A model generated the notes under the pieces. The model did not search any database, was not told the DNA's origin, and was given only the letters and a program-made list of their open reading frames with translations. A stretch of 43,099 nt of DNA, from assembly GCA_965200875.1 (NCBI GenBank), contig CBDAVH010000001.1, forward strand, positions 1-43,099, written 5' to 3'. This DNA comes from Bdellovibrionales bacterium (GTDB lineage: Bacteria > Bdellovibrionota > Bdellovibrionia > Bdellovibrionales > UBA1609). The translations under genes and the position numbers were made by a program. Of the stretch, positions 1 to 8,600 are shown one piece after another; the stretch's first letter is position 1, and every line of letters begins with the position of its first letter.

Positions 1-122
1 TTCTCTTTTGCCAAATTGCTTCTTTCATACATGCTGAAGCCAACAAATTTGGTATTTCCCAGATCGCCTTTATCCAGTCTTTCCTTTATTATTACTTTTT
101 TTTTCTTCCTGGAAATCATCAT
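1..122 (-). CDS. Endolysin N-terminal fragment (peptidase M15), continues across the window junction
   Basis: Open frame from ATG 122 to the window edge: MMISRKKKKVIIKERLDKGDLGNTKFVGFSMYERSNLAKE. The F..YE.S..A pattern fits the start of M15-family endolysins, whose C-terminal part lies at the other window end. Confidence 0.65.
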   Translation of the reverse strand, partial: MMISRKKKKVIIKERLDKGDLGNTKFVGFSMYERSNLAKE

Positions 123-259
123 AATGAATGGAATATAGAGAGAGATTGCGAAAAAAAAACCAAGGAAAAATGCACCCATACACCCCTTTTGGCATAGTAT
201 TTTTAAAAAAACAAGTGATTTTTAGTGGATTTATGGGGGGTTTATGGTATAAAAATGGT

Positions 260-529
260 ATGAAAACGAAGCAAATCATCAAAACAGGGTTAAAAAGCTT
301 CCTGAAAAACACCCTGAAAATGGCTTCCTGGCAGATTTTTCTTATAATTCTGGCTTATGATGTACTCTGGCGATTGTTTGTTCCTTCCTTTATTCGAAGC
401 CACCAGGCAGCTGAAAAAATGAGAAAAAAGACCAAAGCCAGGCAGGACTTCCAAAAGAGAATTAAAGATCAAGCCACCAAAGAGAACTTTACGGAAAGTA
501 TGAAAAAACTCTGGGAGGAAAGAAAATGA
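260..529 (+). CDS. Hypothetical membrane protein (1 TM, basic coiled coil)
   Basis: ORF 128..529. The likely start is ATG 260, 6 nt after TGgTATAAA. TM segment WQIFLIILAYDVLWRLFV; ATGA coupling to the next gene. Confidence 0.7.
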   Translation: MKTKQIIKTGLKSFLKNTLKMASWQIFLIILAYDVLWRLFVPSFIRSHQAAEKMRKKTKARQDFQKRIKDQATKENFTESMKKLWEERK

Positions 530-843
530 TTTTTGATGGAAACAGCACCTGGATCTTTAACTTTCTCTTTTTTATTGCCTGTCTTTTTATCTTACTTGCT
601 GTTTGCACAGAAACAAGAGCCACAGACAAAGAAAGATATGGACCTCCCTTTTGTTACCTTCTCTTTTCAGAAGATCCCATGGACAGACAACAATACCAGG
701 ATCTTATTGAAAAATGGAAAGAGATTGATCAAAATTTAAATACCAGGCATGTCAAAGACTTTTACCTGAGAATGCCAAACAAATTTAATAAGGGTGAGAC
801 TTTTTACGAACTCTTTGAAAAAAACAAAGGCACGCTTTTTTAA
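526..843 (+). CDS. Hypothetical protein with N-terminal TM/signal segment
   Basis: 105-aa ORF, ATGA overlap with the upstream gene, hydrophobic residues 9-27. Confidence 0.7.
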   Translation: MIFDGNSTWIFNFLFFIACLFILLAVCTETRATDKERYGPPFCYLLFSEDPMDRQQYQDLIEKWKEIDQNLNTRHVKDFYLRMPNKFNKGETFYELFEKNKGTLF

Positions 844-849
844 CGTGCC
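828..849. terminator. Hairpin between convergent genes
   Basis: AGGCACG-loop-CGTGCCT inverted repeat at the convergence of 526..843 (+) and 880..1218 (-). Confidence 0.45.
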
Positions 850-879
850 TCTGATAGATAATACCCTTGCAAAAAAATT

Positions 880-1218
880 TTACATAAAGATTTTTGCGAT
901 GGACAAAGCCCCTTCAATTTTGGACTTGTCCTTAAGACCTGTAAGGGCTTTTGCCACTTTCTGAACAGTGTCTTTGTTCTTTTCCCACCACACATCATCG
1001 CCCTTCCAGGGGGTGGCCTCCACTACAGAGGACCCAGCCTTGATCAGGTTCCCCTGAATGGTGAGGACTCCATTGTCCAAGCTGAAGTTTGCTTTGTTCA
1101 ATAACTCTACATCAGCCAGGTTGATTTTCACCTGGACATCCGCATTGTCATTTATCCCCACAGAAAGATGCGATAACACATCTTCCTTAAGGTCTTTAAT
1201 AAAGTGTTTTACTGACAT
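880..1218 (-). CDS. Hypothetical protein
   Basis: 112-aa ORF with strong GGAGGT RBS; no recognisable family. Confidence 0.8.
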   Translation of the reverse strand: MSVKHFIKDLKEDVLSHLSVGINDNADVQVKINLADVELLNKANFSLDNGVLTIQGNLIKAGSSVVEATPWKGDDVWWEKNKDTVQKVAKALTGLKDKSKIEGALSIAKIFM

Positions 1219-1221
1219 CTT

Positions 1222-1554
1222 TTACCTCCCTGGTGAATGTTTGTTTTGATAATTATATTCTAAAATTATATTCATTTTTGTGTCAAGCTTTATTAAAAGC
1301 TTATTTATTTCTTTGTTTTCCTCAAAGAGTTTTGACTGGTTTTCTTCCAATCGGTCCATTCTTTTTTCAAGATGAGTGTCCTGGATTGCATGAGTGCCAT
1401 TCACCTGTAAAGCATTCCTGTACTTTTTTATGAGAGGAAGAGCCAAAGCTGCAAAAATAAGAAGCCCCCCCAAAGAGAAGATAAACCAGAGCTGGTGTGA
1501 AGGATCTAAAGAAGCCATGTTTTTTGTAACATTTTTTACCACTTCTTCATTCAT
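1222..1554 (-). CDS. Holin-like / spanin-like membrane protein
   Basis: One TM (LWFIFSLGGLLIFAALALPLI) followed by a coiled coil; lies close to the endolysin on the circular map. Confidence 0.45.
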   Translation of the reverse strand: MNEEVVKNVTKNMASLDPSHQLWFIFSLGGLLIFAALALPLIKKYRNALQVNGTHAIQDTHLEKRMDRLEENQSKLFEENKEINKLLIKLDTKMNIILEYNYQNKHSPGR

Positions 1555-1910
1555 TTAAGCTCCCTTAAAATACCATTTTCAATGGAAAAATGAATGGTAT
1601 TTCTACCTTCCACCTTACCCACACTGGATAATCCACCCTCTTTTACCGGAAGAAGAGAAATGGATTTTTCATCAAATAACCACTTTTTTTCAGGTCCTTT
1701 TACACATAGTTTCATAATTGAGAAATTTGTTTTATCTCCCTTTTGATAATCGGAATGAGGAACCACCACCAAGAGGTAATTCTTATGTTGAATTATATTA
1801 CCAGCTTTATCAAAAAAACCTTCAGGCAACTGCCACGGATCAATCAAAGACTCATTTTTATCAAATTTCTTAAAAAGCTTACATGGAATCTCAATCATTG
1901 ATATTTCCAA
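1551..1910 (-). CDS. Hypothetical protein, possible tail accessory
   Basis: 119-aa ORF overlapping both neighbours, directly after the tail-type gene. Confidence 0.7.
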   Translation of the reverse strand: MEISMIEIPCKLFKKFDKNESLIDPWQLPEGFFDKAGNIIQHKNYLLVVVPHSDYQKGDKTNFSIMKLCVKGPEKKWLFDEKSISLLPVKEGGLSSVGKVEGRNTIHFSIENGILRELK

Positions 1911-2691
1911 TCCGGCATGTTGCCGTACCCTGGCTGTTTGTGGCTGTAAAAACCACAGACTGAGCCTGTGGTGTGGCCATGGTTACCCTGAAGTCCGTAA
2001 AACTCCAGGTGTAAGGATTAGCTCCCTGTGTATAATGACGCTCATTGATGGTCCCTTGCTGGCCACCGGAAAACACATAAGTTATGAGTGGCCGGGGAAG
2101 GCCGGTGAAGGTCATCCCAAAAGTGTAAAGTGTTGTGGCATCCACAAAACCCGTCCGCCTGCAATTTGTCAGAGTGGGGTTTTTGGTGACAGTCACAGTC
2201 GCATCGCTATGGCTGGCACCACCGCTATTTCTGGCCACCAGGCGGTAAGTGGTGGGTTTTAAAGGCTGAGAGATATTGGGGAGTGACCCAGTGAGCGGGA
2301 GGCCCTTTCCTGCGGTAAAAGAGGCTCCTACGGCAACCCCTTCCGGTTCTCTATAAATCTGTGCAGAGAGTGAGAGCCCGGCTTGGGCAGACACAGAGAA
2401 AGAGAAACTGATAGTACCAGTAAGCCTTGTGTCCAGGTCTATCGTGGCCGGGGAAACGGAAAATGAAGAGATCGTGGGAGGATTTGTGTTGGCCCAGACC
2501 AGAGTATCCCCCATGTAAATCTTCTGGATTGGCCGGGTTCCCAGGAAGATATGAGGATAATTTGAGCCATCCCCTTTCCGGACTTCACCAAGAGCTTCTT
2601 TCATGGCCACACATGTAATTGCCGACCAGAGGACAAGAAGAGTGAGACCTATAAAAAACCTTACTTTTAGCCCCGTGGGCAAATTCTTCAT
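1891..2691 (-). CDS. Tail-fibre-associated protein with signal peptide and Ig-like repeats
   Basis: GGAGG RBS before ATG 2691 (MKNLPTG). Hydrophobic leader; IFLGTRPIQKIYMGDTLVW motif typical of phage minor tail proteins; two Ig-like modules ending YRLVARNSGG and VVFTATNSQG. Confidence 0.7.
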   Translation of the reverse strand: MKNLPTGLKVRFFIGLTLLVLWSAITCVAMKEALGEVRKGDGSNYPHIFLGTRPIQKIYMGDTLVWANTNPPTISSFSVSPATIDLDTRLTGTISFSFSVSAQAGLSLSAQIYREPEGVAVGASFTAGKGLPLTGSLPNISQPLKPTTYRLVARNSGGASHSDATVTVTKNPTLTNCRRTGFVDATTLYTFGMTFTGLPRPLITYVFSGGQQGTINERHYTQGANPYTWSFTDFRVTMATPQAQSVVFTATNSQGTATCRIGNIND

Positions 2692-2814
2692 AAAATACCT
2701 CCAAAAAACAGTCTGCATGAAGATATATATACCACATAAAGGAAAACAAACAAGCAAATAAAAGGTCTTTTTATGATACTATAGAGGATAAAAAAACCAA
2801 CAGTCTTTATTACC

Positions 2815-3147
2815 TCAATTTTTAGGCTTTGCCCTACGCTTCTTTTTTGTTTTATTCGCCTTCTTCGCCTTCTTTTCTTCATAATCAAAGACCTCCTTTA
2901 TTTTTTTAAAAAAGTCTTTTTTTAAATTGTTTCTTTTGATGTCATTAACAGAACTGTCCATATTTTTCTTTGCTTCCTCCGAAGACCAGTCCATAATGGA
3001 ATCCCAGCAATCAATTAAAACATCACGGATTGCCAGAAAAAAGCTTAAAAGATACTGAAAGACCACCACAGCAAGGTAGGTTACAGCACAAACAACCCCA
3101 AGGACAGCCCTCAGTAAGTCAGGTATTTTTCTTTTTTTTTCTTTCAT
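2815..3147 (-). CDS. Hypothetical membrane protein with Lys-rich tail
   Basis: 110-aa ORF, TM residues 12-40, GAGGAG RBS. Confidence 0.7.
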   Translation of the reverse strand: MKEKKRKIPDLLRAVLGVVCAVTYLAVVVFQYLLSFFLAIRDVLIDCWDSIMDWSSEEAKKNMDSSVNDIKRNNLKKDFFKKIKEVFDYEEKKAKKANKTKKKRRAKPKN

Positions 3148-3538
3148 TTAACTCCTCCTCTATTTTTAATAGTTTAGCCTCATTTTCACTTAAAACAAGA
3201 CTTCTTCTATAGATTAAATTTTCCATATTATTAATTTGCCAGGAAAAAAACTCGTAATGTTCTTTTTCTATCATATATCCACTAGAATTCTTTATAATCT
3301 CTTCTCTTTTTTTATTTAACGAAACAACTGTTTGTTTCGTTCTTTCCATTTCCTCTTTTAACAGGGTCATATCTCTTTTATAGAAATTTTTATCTGCTTC
3401 CAGGACATGCAAAGATATAATTACTGGTGGTTTTTCAAATAACTTTCTTATAAGTCTAAAAATCTCTGAGAATAAAAAGATAAGAGAAAAGATAAGAGAG
3501 CTTAAGGCACGGGAAATATCAGATGATTTTTTTTTCAT
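3119..3538 (-). CDS. Hypothetical coiled-coil protein
   Basis: 139-aa ORF coupled to its neighbours. Confidence 0.65.
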   Translation of the reverse strand: MKKKSSDISRALSSLIFSLIFLFSEIFRLIRKLFEKPPVIISLHVLEADKNFYKRDMTLLKEEMERTKQTVVSLNKKREEIIKNSSGYMIEKEHYEFFSWQINNMENLIYRRSLVLSENEAKLLKIEEELNERKKKKNT

Positions 3539-3666
3539 GCAGCACCATTAAAAATAAAAAAGTAAAAGTATCCTACAGCAAATCCACCTGAAAAGGAAAT
3601 AATTTGAGAAAACAGAAATACTAAAAAGTAAATCAAAGCAGGCCATGTGTTATATTTTTTTTTCAT
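3535..3666 (-). CDS. Small membrane protein (43 aa, not in ORF track)
   Basis: Hand-translated MKKKYNTWPALIYFLVFLFSQIISFSGGFAVGYFYFFIFNGAA; ATGA overlap with the 3538 gene. Confidence 0.65.
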   Translation of the reverse strand: MKKKYNTWPALIYFLVFLFSQIISFSGGFAVGYFYFFIFNGAA

Positions 3667-3696
3667 TTAAAAACTTTTCCTGACATTTCTATATAG

Positions 3697-3891
3697 TTAA
3701 TCGCCAAAATTCACAAAGCATTTTTTGCATATTGGCCTGCTTCCTACAGGAGGCTTAAAATCATAAACCCTTGAATATCCGTGTTTCCCATTACAAACAA
3801 AGCATATTAAATAAGTCTTTCTCATGAAAAACCTCCAGTAAAGGGATTCACCAAAAAAAACTCTAATAAAATCTTCCAAAAATTCTCTCAT
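3697..3891 (-). CDS. Small Zn-ribbon protein
   Basis: CFVC...CKKC pairs; alternative start MRKTY follows a GGAGG RBS. Confidence 0.65.
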   Translation of the reverse strand: MREFLEDFIRVFFGESLYWRFFMRKTYLICFVCNGKHGYSRVYDFKPPVGSRPICKKCFVNFGD

Positions 3892-4034
3892 GTTTTGGTC
3901 TCAATTACCTTAAATGGTATATCAGCTCCTCCTACACGAAGTATCCTTGGATTTTTTCCAAAGTATAGTGTAGCATTGAGTTTTGTTTTGATTATTTCCT
4001 CTAAAAGTTTTAAAATTTGCTTTTCATCTTTCAT
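3888..4034 (-). CDS. Small hypothetical protein (48 aa, not in ORF track)
   Basis: Hand-translated MKDEKQILKLLEEIIKTKLNATLYFGKNPRILRVGGADIPFKVIETKT; ATGA coupling to the next gene. Confidence 0.55.
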   Translation of the reverse strand: MKDEKQILKLLEEIIKTKLNATLYFGKNPRILRVGGADIPFKVIETKT

Positions 4035-4553
4035 ACAAATTATTCTTCCTCACAAATTCTTTATTGTCAAGAAACCATTTTTTTTTGTAAGCTATGGCCT
4101 CGTCAAGGGTTTTACAATTTTTCCCTACTTTACCAGTTTTTCTTATTTTAAGAGGTGGTATAAATCTGTAATAAGTATATCTGTAAGTGGTACAGTTTTT
4201 TCTTGTTGTACTCATCCAATGAAAAATATATTTTTCTCCTGTATTGGATCGTAGGAAGACCTGTTTTTTTGATTGAGGGAGGTTGTAGCTTCTCTTAAAT
4301 TTTCAATTCTGTCATCCCATTGTTTTCTGTTAATATGGTCAATTTGTTGGGGAAAATATCCCTTATGATAGAGAAAAACCAATCTGCTTCTTAAATAAAT
4401 TTTCCCTTTTATAACGATCTGATATCTGCCGTCTTTTCGTTGGCTTCCTGCCAGGCGGTTTTTCCGTATTCCTCTACTAAAAAAAATCCAAAACAACTCC
4501 CCGTTTTTATAGGTAAAAAGCTCTTTAACTTCTTTTTGAGTTATCATGTTCAA
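4024..4553 (-). pseudogene. HNH homing endonuclease with AP2-like C-terminal domain, split by a -1 frameshift
   Basis: 4212..4553 has the HNH motif IDHINRKQWDDRIENLREATTSLNQKN. The -1 frame continues SNTGEKYIFHW into 4024..4215 (KTLDEAIAYKK). Confidence 0.75.
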
Positions 4554-4560
4554 ATTCCTA

Positions 4561-4758
4561 TTAAAGATTTGCAGGATATTCCCTTAATATAAAGTCCCCT
4601 ATTGTTTCAGCATATTTCTTTTGGCCTTCAACAAAAGACCTTTCTTCACCATCCAAAACATCTTCTGGAATAGTGTCATGGCTTCTGGTATCCCCAAGAA
4701 GATCTTTAAATTCCTTTATATCTTCTCTGATTTTTTCCAATACTTTTTTTTTGTCCAT
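4561..4758 (-). CDS. Hypothetical protein
   Basis: 65 aa, strong GGAGGTGA RBS. Confidence 0.75.
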   Translation of the reverse strand: MDKKKVLEKIREDIKEFKDLLGDTRSHDTIPEDVLDGEERSFVEGQKKYAETIGDFILREYPANL

Positions 4759-4866
4759 AATTCACCTCCCTTCTTATAAAGAAAAGAGGGTATTTTTTGG
4801 AAAAACAAGAGATTACGCAGTGCATTTTTGTTTTTTTTAAGATTTTTTCATGGTAGGGTGAATAAT

Positions 4867-5061
4867 ATGAACAGATTTGACTTTCAAAAGATCAAAAGGC
4901 ATAACAGTATAGGTTCCAGGCTCCTGGATATATGCGATGAGATTATTGAATTTGACGAAGGCCCAGTTATTGATTTTATGGAGCGGTGGATTAAAGAACT
5001 GGATGATTCTGATTATGAAACAAAGTACAGAGAAGCCGCAAAGGAATTAAACGATGCATAA
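4867..5061 (+). CDS. Hypothetical protein
   Basis: ATG 4867, 7 nt after TGgTAGGGT; first gene of a plus-strand island. Confidence 0.7.
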   Translation: MNRFDFQKIKRHNSIGSRLLDICDEIIEFDEGPVIDFMERWIKELDDSDYETKYREAAKELNDA

Positions 5062-5257
5062 AGTTAAATATCTGACTTTTATGGAAGCTCTTAATTCAAA
5101 GCTAAAAGACGGCGAGGGACTTTTTCCTGTTAAAAATACCGGGTATTACATCAAAAGAAAATTAACTCTCAAAGAACTTAATATCAAAGGTTTTAAAAGG
5201 GAATATCCAGGTTTTCATTTTCCAGGTGATCAGGTTGGGCCAAATGAAGAAGAATAA
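5054..5257 (+). CDS. Hypothetical protein
   Basis: 67 aa, overlaps the upstream stop. Confidence 0.65.
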   Translation: MHKVKYLTFMEALNSKLKDGEGLFPVKNTGYYIKRKLTLKELNIKGFKREYPGFHFPGDQVGPNEEE

Positions 5258-5622
5258 TGTATAGTATTTTAGATACTGGACCTCATCTAACTGAGGAAAA
5301 AACTGAAGTTAGACAAGCAAATAGTGAAGAAATTGCTGGCTGGATTGTAAAAGTATATGTTCTGAGATTTATAGGCTTTTATCCATTCACTTATAGCAAA
5401 ACATTAATAAAAGAATTCTTTAAAGCAAAAAATCCTGTTGATTACTTTGATCCCCGTCCTCCAAAAATGAAAAAGTTACTTGAAAGAGTGAGACCTTGCC
5501 ATCATTGTGTCTGCATAACACCACATCCACCACACAGAGAAAAGAGAAGATTCAATGATCTTTTATACCTTCAAAAAGACAGGTTGGAATATGACATAAG
5601 AAACATACAAGGATGGGATTAG
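5257..5622 (+). CDS. Hypothetical protein with Cys/His cluster
   Basis: 121 aa, TAATG coupling, CHHCVC motif. Confidence 0.65.
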   Translation: MYSILDTGPHLTEEKTEVRQANSEEIAGWIVKVYVLRFIGFYPFTYSKTLIKEFFKAKNPVDYFDPRPPKMKKLLERVRPCHHCVCITPHPPHREKRRFNDLLYLQKDRLEYDIRNIQGWD

Positions 5623-5634
5623 AAGAGGCTGACC

Positions 5635-8600
5635 CTATTGATGGGTGAAATACGGGCAGTTGGGTAACCTGGTGGAAAGAGCCGTTCTTTGAGCCTCAGT
5701 CCCACTCCAGGCATTCCCGTCCGCTCCACAATCAATCTGAAAATAATTACCAGTCTTGGTGGCATCCGTCCTGTTCCCTTGGGGGACGAGTGCTTTTATA
5801 CGGGCATCCACAGATTCCCGATTAAAATCCTCAATCCACCTAACATCATCCCAAATGTACTTACTTCCCTGGTTTAAAGTCACATCCGGATAAAGCTTTA
5901 CTGCACCCACCAGGGCATTCACCAAATACCGCCTCCCAGGCTTGATAAAGCTCCCGTCCAGGCTTCCCACCTGGCAGAAGTTTGCATTCACTGTGGCTCC
6001 ACAGGTGTAACTGGCCCCGTTTATCCAAATCTGCGTGGGCTTCTGGCCGGAGGGGAAAACCCACATGGTCTTGTTGGCCTCATTCCCGGCGGCACGGGCA
6101 TTTGAGAAGGACACAAGCCCAGCCCACTTTGTGAGGTCTTTTTTGCCGCTCTCAAGGCTTCCAAGTTCTGTATGGTCTGTCAGTACAGACCCGTCTTCCC
6201 AGCCCGTGTAAAGGGTGTTTGAGGCTTCTGCGGCGGTAATGACAGCCCCGTCAAGGATTGTGTCATTATTCAGCATCTCAATCCTCTGCCCTTCCGTGGG
6301 GGAGGGGGGAGGACTATGGACTGCGGTTACAGCATTTGCCAGGCCCTGGAGGGCTGATTTGTCCAGTGTTCTGAGGGCTTTTGAAGCCCCGCTCTGGCCG
6401 GCCCATGAGCCGTCTTCAAATTGAATATTTACAGAATTGACAGTGGATGCAGAAGTAACCCGCTCTGAGGTTTTGACCTTAGGTGTTTTATAAACAGCTT
6501 GCCCAGACTCGGTCTCTAAGTATGAAAAACTGTAATTGACAGAGCCGATCTGTAGCAGAGCGGGTATGTGTGAGGGTTGGCCACCCTCCAAATCCACAAA
6601 AGCAGTATAACGCTGATAGGTGTCAGCATCCGTGCTGAGGTTATTGTAAGTCAGCCTCAACACCCCAGGGAAGGGGGTGGGGATGGTGAAAGTGGAACCA
6701 CTGGCCACAAAAGCAAGGTTCTTGTTTTGCTTACTCCCGGGGGTTTCCTCCTCTGCGGCTATCTTAAAATCTTTTGCAGGATCAATATCTGCATCATCAA
6801 AGCCATATCTTACTTTAGAATCCAAATCTATGGATTTCACAATAGGTTGTCCTGGTAATGGGCTTCCTATAAATGGAAAACCATAAGTTGCTGTTCTTCC
6901 TGTACTCCAGAGAGAAAAGAAACCTGATTCATAAGTATTTCTGTGACCTCCAACATTGACAACAATAGACCTGTTAAAAGTACTAAATGAGTTCCTTAAT
7001 TGTAACCCCACTGGAAATCCTGTTAATGTAATATCCAGTGATGCTGAAGCTCTTGCTTTAGTATCCTTATTAAAAGCATATAATTTATTACTGGAACATA
7101 CTGATCCAACATAAACATGAGTGCTATTTACATAGAGAACATAATCACTATTGATTTCCCTTCCTTCACATGGGGAAAGTGTGTTTCTTAATGGGATTAA
7201 ACTTATATCTTCATTGGATAATCTTGTTACCTGGAATGGAGTTTTTGTGTAAGACCACACAACAATTTTTAAATCACCAAGAGTGTTGAAATTCCCTGTT
7301 GAATTACCAACAACAAGATATATTCTGTCCTCTGTTACATACATTCCTGATATTCTATAAAATGCATTATTGGGATGAGAGGTAGAGGTAATTTGATAAG
7401 AAAAATTTGGTATGGGATTTTTTATACTCGGTATTGAAGAACTTGCAGCATTTGCATTATCAGAATAACCAAATGTTATGTTATAAGAACCTCTTGGATT
7501 GTTTTGTCGTGTTATCGGCATTATTAAAAGATCATTATCAGGATTTGATGCCCATGATACTATATACCTGTAAGAAGATATATTAAGATTTGGAGTTATT
7601 TCCTCTGCCCCAGTTTCTAAATTGATCCTTGAACCTTGATTTGAAGAAATGGAAGAAAAATCTCTATACAGATATTTACCTATTAAGGCAACACCTATAT
7701 AATAGTATGTTCTCTCACCTGTAATTGATAGAGATCTTTGAAAAGAGGGGTTTTCAATTACCTTATTCAAAGTAAATTGATTAAGTATTTCCTGATCATC
7801 ATTTGTTTTGGTTGCTATATCATCAATCTTTTCCAAAGCTTTTTGAACATTATCATCCCTGGTGTTCAGGTTTTTATCAAAGGTGGAGGTGGAAACAGTG
7901 ACACCGGAAGCTGCCAGGGAAGTAACAGGAGCATCAATCTCAGTCACAGACTTTAAAGCATGAAAATTAAAAGCATTCGTGGTCTCATCACCCTGCGTGG
8001 GAACCGCAGTGAAAAATCCCACCCCTGTAACATACTGACGACTTGTCCATACACCCTCCGAGTCCCCAGTCTCACTGGAAGGCACCAGGTAAGTCACATA
8101 ATCATGCTGAGCATTATCAGCCTGACGGGCAAACTGCACAGAATTCACAATAACAGGATTAACCCCAGCCTGGTAAAAACGAGCATACAAATTCGCCGGG
8201 GCATCCGCATAAGACACCGCAGACTTCTTAATCAGCAAAGTCGCATCCGCATCCGCAGACCCGTTATCCCTAAACTCCAGCCTGGTAATCGGTAAATCAG
8301 ACCCTGCCAGGGGCTGGCCACCATCCCAGGTACTCAAAGAACCATACACATCCCCGGTGGAGCTAAATCCCCAATTATTCGCATTTTTGGGATCAGCAAC
8401 ACCGGCCATTCTGAAAAGATGCCTCTCACCAGAATCAGCACCCCCAACCTCCACCCACCGGCCGGGAGCAGGTGTGTTTATCCGCAAAACCTGGCCATGA
8501 GCATAAGAACTTAAATTGGTGGGTGTGGTGTCTAAGGAAATAAACCTTGTATCCTCAGAGGATACATCCGTGGCAATCGTGAGAGTTTTACCCGCCTCAT

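Noticed and set aside
2688..2888. 66-aa Arg-rich ORF
   Set aside because: Alternate frame of the Lys-rich tail of 2815..3147; no RBS.
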